NCBI GenBank assembly: GCA_016187225.1
Contig: JACPKC010000010.1
Location: 3,541 to 67,540, forward strand
Reading direction: 5' to 3'
Source: Candidatus Berkelbacteria bacterium
GTDB taxonomy: Bacteria > Patescibacteriota > UBA1384 > JACPKC01
DNA length: 64,000 nt
Shown: positions 1 through 7,090 of the stretch, piece by piece
Layout of the letters: each line of letters opens with the position of its first letter
Numbering within the stretch: position 1 is the stretch's first letter
Position numbers and translations under genes: made by a program
Notes under the pieces: model-generated
What the model saw: only the letters and a program-made list of their open reading frames with translations
Database searches by the model: none
What the model was told of the DNA's origin: nothing

Positions 1-553
1 CATCTTAATGACCTTATTAAGTTGGCTGGTGGCGCGCCGACCGCCGCGTCAGGTTAATCTTTGGTTTCGCCGCTTGCAACTCATTTCCGCCGCCCTTTAT
101 AGTTTGGGTCACGGCGGCAACGACGCTCAAAAAACGATGGGCATTATCGCGAGCCTCCTCGTTTCATCGGGTTATTTACAAGACTTTGCCGTGCCGCTTT
201 GGGTTGTTTTGGCCGCTCACGGAGCGATCGCCTTGGGCACCTTGGCCGGCGGTTGGCGGATCGTTAAAACGATGGGCACGCGGATCGTTAAGCTAACGCC
301 GGTCGGCGGCTTTGCGGCTGAAACCGGCAGCGCCGCTAGTCTCTTTTTAGCGACACACTTGGGCGCGCCGGTCAGCACTACCCACGTCATCACCGGCGCG
401 ATCTCCGGCGTGGGCGCCGCCGCCCGAATTTCCGCCGTCCGTTGGGGCGTCACCTTGCGAATTGTCTGGGCCTGGCTCTTAACGATCCCGTGCGCCGGCC
501 TCATGGCCTTTTTAACTTATGAGATTCTCCGGTTGCTTATCGCCGCGTTTTAA
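1..553 (+). CDS. Inorganic phosphate transporter, PiT family (C-terminal part; the 5' end lies outside the window)
   Basis: The ORF runs off the window start. The GHGGNDAQKTMGII motif and the glycine-rich TM repeat are typical of PitA/PiT permeases. Confidence 0.8.
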   Translation, partial: ILMTLLSWLVARRPPRQVNLWFRRLQLISAALYSLGHGGNDAQKTMGIIASLLVSSGYLQDFAVPLWVVLAAHGAIALGTLAGGWRIVKTMGTRIVKLTPVGGFAAETGSAASLFLATHLGAPVSTTHVITGAISGVGAAARISAVRWGVTLRIVWAWLLTIPCAGLMAFLTYEILRLLIAAF

Positions 554-573
554 AAGAAATAGAAGGAGGACGA

Positions 574-1194
574 ATGGCATTTTTTCCCAAAAATATCGAT
601 TTTTTTGAGCTGTTTGACGCGCAGGCCGAGCAATTGAAGGCGGCGGCGGTTTTACTGCGCGAGGTCGAGCACGTCAAGGATCTCAACGAGCACGCCCGGC
701 GCGTCCGCGAGGTTGAGCACGCCGCCGATCAAATCACCCACAAAATTTTTCAAACCCTCAACCAAACTTTCATCACCCCGATTGATCGGGAAGACATTAT
801 TGCCCTGGCCAGCCGGCTCGACGATGTGATCGACATGATTGATGTGACCGTCAGTCACCTGGCGCTCTATCATGTTTCGCCGCAAACGCGGGAGATCGAG
901 CAGTATCTTAATCTCTTAGATTCGATTATCGAAGAGGTCGGCAAGGCGGTGCCCGAACTCAAACGCGGCTCCAAGGGTCAGCAAACGATCATTAAACAAT
1001 CCGAGATTATCAACTTTATTGAAAACCAAGTCGATCAACATAACCGACGGACGATTGGCGAACTGGTCAATAATAGCCAGGATCCGATCACTGTCATTAA
1101 ACTCAAAGAGGTCTACGAGGATTTGGAGGCGATCGCCGACCGGTGCGAGGACGTGGCCAATATCCTGGAGACGATCGTGGTCAAGAATCAGTGA
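574..1194 (+). CDS. PhoU-like phosphate transport regulator (DUF47 / TIGR00153 family, Pit accessory protein)
   Basis: 206 aa helical protein immediately downstream of pit. The N-terminus FFPKNIDFFELFDAQAEQL and overall pattern resemble YkaA/PhoU-related proteins. An RBS, aaggagga, lies upstream. Confidence 0.7.
   Translation: MAFFPKNIDFFELFDAQAEQLKAAAVLLREVEHVKDLNEHARRVREVEHAADQITHKIFQTLNQTFITPIDREDIIALASRLDDVIDMIDVTVSHLALYHVSPQTREIEQYLNLLDSIIEEVGKAVPELKRGSKGQQTIIKQSEIINFIENQVDQHNRRTIGELVNNSQDPITVIKLKEVYEDLEAIADRCEDVANILETIVVKNQ
1120..1194. repeat. 75-bp direct repeat, copy 1 (the 3' end of the PhoU-like CDS including its stop codon)
   Basis: Identical to 2331-2405 except for one mismatch (g/t at 1125/2336). 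Confidence 0.9.
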
Positions 1195-1229
1195 GCGATG
1201 AGGCAATAGGTCGTAGGCAAGAGGCGGTT

Positions 1230-1523
1230 CTAATGAATCTTGAATTTTTTACCCAAGATTTGCTCTAGGGTTTTAATAGTCAGTTTGACTGAAGGATTGT
1301 TAGTTGAAGAGAGAATAAGCCGCTTACCAAATCTTTCTAAGAACGGCGTCAACACCTCATCGGCCCATGAAGGCGAGAGCGCCTCAACGCCCTCAAAATT
1401 TAAATTTAGGTCATCGTTTTTACCAAGCGTGACGAGATGGGGCGAATAGGCGGCATAGGCCTCTCGACCCGCCTGGCGGGAAGTGAGGACTGCACCAAAT
1501 TTTTTCATTGCGATTTCCATCAA
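1230..1523 (-). CDS. DUF4325 / STAS-like domain protein
   Basis: 97 aa. The sequence pattern is typical of small STAS-like DUF4325 proteins that pair with GHKL ATPases. It is tightly linked to the upstream minus-strand gene, with a 1-nt gap. Confidence 0.5.
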   Translation of the reverse strand: MMEIAMKKFGAVLTSRQAGREAYAAYSPHLVTLGKNDDLNLNFEGVEALSPSWADEVLTPFLERFGKRLILSSTNNPSVKLTIKTLEQILGKKFKIH

Positions 1524-1524
1524 T

Positions 1525-2253
1525 TCACCTAAAAGTTATTTCTGCAACGCAACCGCGAATTTGCATCGGTGACTTTGATAATACCAATTTGGCGTCTTTG
1601 CCCGTTAGGGCCAAGAAGGCATCGCCAGACCAGAATTTGAGATTTGAATTCATTTGCATCATTGCTTGTCGAACAAATTTTAAGCCATTGCCCCGATGTT
1701 CCGGCGCTCGGGCGGTTATAATTTCGGTAAAAGCCACTTTCAAGGCCTCTTGATGCGTCACCAACTGGGGGCGAATTCTTTTGAGAGTGGCCAAGATGCC
1801 AACGCCTCGATCAGCGAGCAAGATCGTCCTTTTGCCTAAGTCGTATGCAAAAAGCGCCCCGGGAATGTCCGGCCAGTTGCCTAAGTTGTGATCGAAAGAA
1901 TTATTGCCGATTTCGCCAGTGACGGCAGTAATCAGCGGGGCATTATGATGCTGTTTCGGATGGATTTGCAGAGCGGCATTCATGCGTTCCAGCCGCGCCT
2001 TGAAAGCGTCGCTCGTTGCGCAGTGCCACTCGGGGATGGGTTCGGTTGGGTCAAGGTCGCTGGCCCAATCGAGCGCGCTTTGCGTCAACCCTTTGGTTTG
2101 TTGTTGCAAATTGGCGAGAGAATAGTACAAACGTCCGCCTGGAGAGATAAAAGTTGCCGACAATGTTCCGGCTTTGTGCCACCGGCGTAAAGTGGCAATC
2201 GAGAGACCAAGGTAGCGCGCCGCTCGCCCAATTGAGAGATAGTTGCTTTTCAT
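1525..2253 (-). CDS. HTH (excisionase/MerR-type) fused to a GHKL-type ATP-binding domain protein
   Basis: The N-terminus YLSIGRAARYLGLSIATLRRWHKAGTL is an excisionase-family HTH. The C-terminus has N-box-like GEIGNNSFDHN and G1-box-like LADRGVGI motifs of histidine-kinase-like ATPases (RsbW-like). Confidence 0.55.
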   Translation of the reverse strand: MKSNYLSIGRAARYLGLSIATLRRWHKAGTLSATFISPGGRLYYSLANLQQQTKGLTQSALDWASDLDPTEPIPEWHCATSDAFKARLERMNAALQIHPKQHHNAPLITAVTGEIGNNSFDHNLGNWPDIPGALFAYDLGKRTILLADRGVGILATLKRIRPQLVTHQEALKVAFTEIITARAPEHRGNGLKFVRQAMMQMNSNLKFWSGDAFLALTGKDAKLVLSKSPMQIRGCVAEITFR

Positions 2254-2330
2254 AATTTGCTTGACCTAAATCTAAAATAAGTATACATTTATATACTTTT
2301 TTGTCAAGTGTATACAATTTATGGAATGGG

Positions 2331-2405
2331 GATTTTGAGGCGATCGCCGACCGGTGCGAGGACGTGGCCAATATCCTGGAGACGATCGTGGTCAAGAATC
2401 AGTGA
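2331..2405. repeat. 75-bp direct repeat, copy 2 (a displaced copy of the PhoU-like gene 3' end)
   Basis: Near-identical to 1120-1194. It lies immediately beyond the 1.1-kb two-gene cassette and is preceded by an AT-rich segment with a near-palindrome, gtatacatttatatac. Confidence 0.9.
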
Positions 2406-2438
2406 TTAATTAGGTAAGTAGCCCTATACCTTTTCGAT

Positions 2439-2462
2439 AAAAAAAAGCGCCCCGAAGGGCGC
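2439..2462 (-). terminator. Rho-independent terminator for the minus-strand gene ending at 2495
   Basis: The stem gcgccc/gggcgc has a cgaa loop. On the minus strand it is followed by a run of 8 T (the complement of the A8 at 2439-2446). Confidence 0.7.
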
Positions 2463-2494
2463 TTGACTTGATATCTCTTACCCTCCACTCGAAC

Positions 2495-3040
2495 CTATAA
2501 CGCAATAAATTCGAGTTCTTGAGGGTGAATCACCCTCATCCCTATCTCCTTGACGGTGAGAGCCTTGGCCCTCATCTCTCTTCGTGAATGGGGATAATTA
2601 CATACCCTCTTTCGATACTCGTGCAGACGAATCTGCGCTAGAAGTATCGGCGAGATGAGGTACAGGCCTGGCGCCCTGGGGTTGTTTTTGGTTTTCAGCC
2701 CCCAACGCAACGGGAAGCCCTTGCCGTTCATGGGGGCATCGGACAGGCGTTTCCAAAACCACCAGTCGATCCCCTTTGCGAACCTTGCGGGCACGTGATC
2801 ACCTCCCAGGATGAAAACGTCGACGTCCTTGTGAGACGCCAGCATCGCGCCGATGTCATTAACGCGACGCTTCCGCTTAATCCAGATCGAGAGCGCTAGT
2901 CCGCCAATGAGTACTCCAGGAATGTTATGCTCCTTGAGGTACTGATCGGCAGCTAATAGACCAGCGACACCTCTCTTTGGATTACCCGGTGACGGAGGTA
3001 GCTGCATTTGGCGGAGCGTGCAAGATAGTCCGATTGCCAT
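2495..3040 (-). CDS. Hypothetical protein, possibly with a minimal nucleotidyltransferase fold
   Basis: 181 aa. The segment GVLIGGLALSIW...DVDVFILG loosely fits the hG[GS]...DxD NTase signature. There is no firm family assignment. Confidence 0.35.
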   Translation of the reverse strand: MAIGLSCTLRQMQLPPSPGNPKRGVAGLLAADQYLKEHNIPGVLIGGLALSIWIKRKRRVNDIGAMLASHKDVDVFILGGDHVPARFAKGIDWWFWKRLSDAPMNGKGFPLRWGLKTKNNPRAPGLYLISPILLAQIRLHEYRKRVCNYPHSRREMRAKALTVKEIGMRVIHPQELEFIAL

Positions 3041-3052
3041 GATCTCTTATCC

Positions 3053-3448
3053 TTACTCACTAGATCCAGACGGGTCTTCATCGAAATACCGCTGTCTAAG
3101 CGACTCCACGAATCGCCCGTTTTCGAGTTGGGCTTTATAGTTAGTAAGCCCTTGGATGTAGGGAGCCATAAGCTCCTCTAGTCCGATCGTGCTTTGCCCA
3201 CCAGACTCCAAAAACACGACCACCTCTCGGAGGATGCGCAATAGCCCGTCTTTATCGGGCTTCAGGCAAGCCGGAATGCCGGGCAATGTTGCGCCGGCAT
3301 TCTCGACAAGTTCGCGAGCTTGCGCCAGCCAACACTTGGCTTCCTCGTAAGCCACTACGATCTGGAGATATCTCCTGATCTCCGCCTCGGCGAAACCGAG
3401 GACTTCGTACTCTTTGACCATTTGGTCTTCTTCTGCGTTTTTTTCCAT
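3053..3448 (-). CDS. Hypothetical alpha-helical protein (possible partner of the adjacent NTase-like protein)
   Basis: 131 aa acidic helical ORF co-oriented with 2495-3040 and separated from it by 12 bp. No recognisable motif. Confidence 0.35.
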   Translation of the reverse strand: MEKNAEEDQMVKEYEVLGFAEAEIRRYLQIVVAYEEAKCWLAQARELVENAGATLPGIPACLKPDKDGLLRILREVVVFLESGGQSTIGLEELMAPYIQGLTNYKAQLENGRFVESLRQRYFDEDPSGSSE

Positions 3449-4088
3449 GAGTCACCTTGATTCTAATCGGCCCTGAAGACTTGCGGGCTGGTATCCAGCC
3501 ACCGATTAGAGAGAGTACTGACACTCCTCATTCTCGAGATGGCATTAGCTATTCATCTAGAAAAGGAGAAGTGTCATTTTTGCTCGTTTTTTTCACTTAC
3601 AAAGAGTTCTCTCGATAAATTCGAGGTCAATCCTCAAGAATTTTCGTCTGACATATCTAATTGTTAGAGGTACAAAAACGAGTAACTGTACCAGATGAGG
3701 GGGGGGTGTCAAGGGGGATTAGTTCAGGTTGAAGTGTCCATCGTGTTGCACCAGCTGCTACTTTTCAACGAACATCCCCCATATTTTAGTCAAGGGAAAT
3801 GTGAATTTAGGCGACCTGTCGTTTATTCGCTTTATTACCGGCACGCTCGCAATGCAACCGAATCGCAACGATGACGGAAGTAAAGATATCGCTAAAGTTC
3901 GTTTGCCGAACTATCCCGAGGTTGAGAACATCCAAGCTCTCAATAGCTGGCTCCCGATTGCGCGCAACATTCAGAAATGCTTCAGCTGCCGTTACTGCAT
4001 CGTGGATAACTACTACAATAAATCGCAAAATAATCAGGAAATTGGGATGCCACCCGCGAATCTCATAGATCAAATTTAATGCGCCCAT

Positions 4089-5090
4089 ATGCATATGGAT
4101 AATGAATATCTTTCATCACCACCATTGCCTGAACCAGGCGTTGAACATGATCAGCCTGCTCGCGTGGCACAAGAAGATTTATTATCTCCTTCGCCGTTAG
4201 AATCGGCTGATTCTAGACACATCTACCAACCGGGCCAGCACGCTTGCCCGGTCAACTGTGCGTACTGCGTCATTACTGAAGTCGAATCGCGCAGAGATTT
4301 GTGGAACAAGAAGACGATCCTGGGCATCAATAAAGCCGCGACGATCCTCAATCCGCCGCCGGATCTAAATGACAAAAAAGCCATTCAGGAATTCTACGAT
4401 TTTCCGGTTGAGCTACTGAAAGGCGATATCGTTGGCTTTAATGCTATCTCGGATCCGTTTTGGCCAAAGTATCAAGATGCATTACAGCATTTTTTAGACA
4501 AAGTCCCGCCAGTGGCCAAGTTGGCAGTCTTCGTCACCAAATGGAATCCATCGGATCGCGTGCTCGATCAACTAGCTGAAATCCCAAATGTTCGCCTGAC
4601 CGTTTCGATTACGGGGCTCGATGGTTTGGAGCGCACAAAAACCACTCACCGATTAAGCGTGTTGCGCCGAGCCAAAAAACGCAATATCCAGACCTTCCCA
4701 ATCGTTCATCCGTATATTGCCGGCATGACAGATTTAAGTTTTTTACCGGAGTTACGGGATGTGGGCTACGACGTGATTGATGTGAAAGGCTTGCGTTATA
4801 ATCCGCAAACCATGAATCGTTGGATGCCGGAAGCGTCGCAACGCGTTTACCAAGGCACGGCCGAACGGGAAATCTTGCCCGAAGATGGCTGGCGAGAACA
4901 AGTTGAAGCGGCCGGTCTGCATTTGATGCCACCACGCGAGTGGTACCGAATTGGCTGGGATAAGCTCACACCCCACCTTGATCAGTCTGAAGCTCAAGAA
5001 CTGACGCAAAAGATTTTTGATCGATCGAATGTGACTTCATCCGATTCAATCCAGGCTGTGTTTGAAGCCGCCGTGAATCGCCGACTCTAA
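4089..5090 (+). CDS. Radical SAM protein (spore-photoproduct-lyase / DNA-photolyase-like family)
   Basis: The CPVNCAYC motif matches the CxxxCxxC 4Fe-4S/SAM signature near the N-terminus. The 333-aa length and the partial TIM-barrel pattern resemble SplB-like proteins. Confidence 0.55.
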   Translation: MHMDNEYLSSPPLPEPGVEHDQPARVAQEDLLSPSPLESADSRHIYQPGQHACPVNCAYCVITEVESRRDLWNKKTILGINKAATILNPPPDLNDKKAIQEFYDFPVELLKGDIVGFNAISDPFWPKYQDALQHFLDKVPPVAKLAVFVTKWNPSDRVLDQLAEIPNVRLTVSITGLDGLERTKTTHRLSVLRRAKKRNIQTFPIVHPYIAGMTDLSFLPELRDVGYDVIDVKGLRYNPQTMNRWMPEASQRVYQGTAEREILPEDGWREQVEAAGLHLMPPREWYRIGWDKLTPHLDQSEAQELTQKIFDRSNVTSSDSIQAVFEAAVNRRL

Positions 5091-5265
5091 CTTGGATAGA
5101 TGAGCGCTTGAAACGTTCGCAGGTGATAGATTATTTGATGGTCTTGTTGTAGCCATGGGACGTTCTGGTTCGGGGCACCATATTGTCGTCAGCCAACTTA
5201 GCTGTCAGGATTGAGCTAGCTTGGCCGCACGGCGGTCAAAATTTAATAACATGAGGTGAGAGCTG

Positions 5266-6657
5266 ATGCTCACACTGGAGAAAACGGTCGGTTTTTTGCC
5301 GATCTATGCCGGGCAGATGGAGCCGGCAAGTTGTAGCCGGGTTTGGCGCGGACCAAAGCCGGTCAATGCGGTGCATCTCATCCATATGGGCAATGTAAAG
5401 GATGTAGCGCGTTTGAACCCCAAGAATCTTAGGATGAAGCAATGGCTTGAAAAGGCCGATGCTCACTGGAATAAACATCACCAGTGGCCATGGTATCTAC
5501 GGGAAGTACTCGACCAACTCGCCTATAAGGCGATCGGTCACATAAAAATGAAAACGCGAGGCATCAGTTCGCAGGCGGTGCTCATTTTTGTGCCATGGCT
5601 GACTAAAGATTTTGAGTTTTCCCGGCACTATAAAACGCATCGCTGTCTGGCGCCACTCCTCAATGATGGGGAGAGTCGGTGTGGCGAGTGCGAGGAATGC
5701 CGATTGTACGATCAGGCCAAAGCGCTCCGCGAGGAAATCTTGGCAGGTATACGGCGCGCTATTAACGCCGCCGCCGAGTATGGAGCGGGATATGTTGGCT
5801 TGGGCGCTTTCACGAGTATCTTCACTGAAAACGGGATACTGGTAGAAAAGGAGTCACCGATTCCGATCACGAGCGGTAGCGACGGCACGGCCTACGGCCT
5901 TCAGCTCTGCATTGAGCGGGCGGCGCGACAGTTGGGTATCTCGCTCAAACGGAGCACGCTGACATTTGTCGGCGCTTCCGGATCGGTTGGTCGGCGTGGC
6001 TGCTTGTTGCTCGCTCGGAGGTTTGGTCGGATCATCCTTTCGGCGCGGAATCGGAGCGGTCTCGAGGGCGTTCGCAAGATGCTTCTCAATAACGGCATCA
6101 AGGAGCGGCGGATTGTTATCGAAACTGACATCAATCGCGCCGTGTCTCAAGCCGATGTGATCGTTTTGGCAACCTCGGCGGAAAGCGCCGCCGAGGTTGC
6201 GCTTGATCATCACGCAATTCGCCCGGGGAGTTTGGTGGCCGACGTGGGCAAGCCGCCTAATTTCGCAACTGACCCCATTGCTTTGGCCCAACTACCGTTT
6301 TTGGTAGTTGACGGAGCGAACATCCGTTTCCCGGGTGAATTTCAGGATGAGTCCTGGAAATTACTCGACCAGGGCGGCCAGAATGCGGTTTGGGGTTGTT
6401 CGGCGGAAACTTTTTTGCGTGGGCTGACTGGCGAGAAGGAAAGTACGTCGGTCGGTTCGCAAAGAAGCATCAAGCCGCTGCTTCAGGTCGTGAGGATGAT
6501 GAAGCGGTACGGCTTTAGAGTGGCGGATTTGCGTTCCGGCGGGTCGCCTATGCCAGTGGCCCGACTGGAAGAGGTGCGGCGAATCCGTCAGCAAGAAAGT
6601 CGCCGGCAAAAAGTCGGCGGCAAGTTTTTTTACCTCATGCCGGCGCGCATGAGGTAG
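5266..6657 (+). CDS. AAR-family (acyl-ACP-reductase-like, shikimate-DH-like Rossmann) oxidoreductase with an extra N-terminal domain
   Basis: The C-terminal 320 aa align by eye to cyanobacterial acyl-ACP reductase. Matching segments are TAYGLQLCIERAARQLGI...TFVGASGSVG, ILSARNRSGL, the conserved Cys context WGCSAETFL, and the C-terminal KRYGF. The N-terminal ~150 aa, with a CGECEEC motif, are unassigned. Confidence 0.5.
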   Translation: MLTLEKTVGFLPIYAGQMEPASCSRVWRGPKPVNAVHLIHMGNVKDVARLNPKNLRMKQWLEKADAHWNKHHQWPWYLREVLDQLAYKAIGHIKMKTRGISSQAVLIFVPWLTKDFEFSRHYKTHRCLAPLLNDGESRCGECEECRLYDQAKALREEILAGIRRAINAAAEYGAGYVGLGAFTSIFTENGILVEKESPIPITSGSDGTAYGLQLCIERAARQLGISLKRSTLTFVGASGSVGRRGCLLLARRFGRIILSARNRSGLEGVRKMLLNNGIKERRIVIETDINRAVSQADVIVLATSAESAAEVALDHHAIRPGSLVADVGKPPNFATDPIALAQLPFLVVDGANIRFPGEFQDESWKLLDQGGQNAVWGCSAETFLRGLTGEKESTSVGSQRSIKPLLQVVRMMKRYGFRVADLRSGGSPMPVARLEEVRRIRQQESRRQKVGGKFFYLMPARMR

Positions 6658-6687
6658 GGTGGGGTCTTCGCCAAGACCCCTTTTTTC
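6658..6687 (+). terminator. Rho-independent terminator
   Basis: The hairpin ggggtctt-cgcc-aagacccc is followed by TTTTTT directly after the stop codon of 5266-6657. Confidence 0.8.
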
Positions 6688-6723
6688 TTGTCTAAAAATC
6701 TTCGAGCGTGTAGCCTAATAAAC

Positions 6724-7023
6724 ATGGACGATCAAACGATCAACAAATTGGCCGTGTTGGCGCGGTTGGAGCTTCAGGCTGAAGAGCGGGCGCGGTTTGC
6801 CGCCAATCTTGCGGAAATTATCGCTTACGTCGAACAACTGAATGAAGTTGACGTGGCCGACGTGGAACCGACCAGTCAGGTGACGGGCCTTTTGAATGTG
6901 TTGCGGGAGGATAAGAGGGATGAGGCAAGAGGAATGAGGAAAAAGGAATTGGAGCAAATGGCGCCGGAGATGAGGGAAGGCTACGTCGTCGTGCCAAGCG
7001 TTCTTAGTCAGCCCGATTTATGA
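6724..7023 (+). CDS. gatC: Asp/Glu-tRNA amidotransferase subunit C
   Basis: Typical GatC sequence (ELQAEERARFAANLAEIIAYVEQLNEVDV). It lies immediately upstream of gatA. The ORF track begins at a TTG at 6688. The ATG at 6724 is the more likely start. Confidence 0.8.
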   Translation: MDDQTINKLAVLARLELQAEERARFAANLAEIIAYVEQLNEVDVADVEPTSQVTGLLNVLREDKRDEARGMRKKELEQMAPEMREGYVVVPSVLSQPDL

Positions 7024-7062
7024 TTAGTAATTTTTGATTGATGATTTTTGATTAAATTCATC

Positions 7063-7090
7063 ATGAACTATGAACCATGAACTATGAACC
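7063..7090. repeat. Tandem heptamer repeat (ATGAACT/ATGAACC) x4 overlapping the gatA start codon
   Basis: Directly visible as atgaactatgaaccatgaactatgaacc. The last unit supplies the gatA ATG at 7084. A related ATGAACTATGAACT occurs at the ftsI start (62761-62774). Confidence 0.85.

Noticed and set aside
217-504. 95-aa minus-strand ORF inside the pit gene
   Set aside because: It lies antisense to a strongly supported PiT permease CDS in GC-rich sequence.
3729-4094. Overlapping plus- and minus-strand ORFs in the 640-bp gap (3729-4079 plus, 3807-4094 minus, 3871-4068 plus)
   Set aside because: They are mutually overlapping, Cys/Arg-rich and low-complexity, with no motif. They are treated as non-coding pending comparative evidence.
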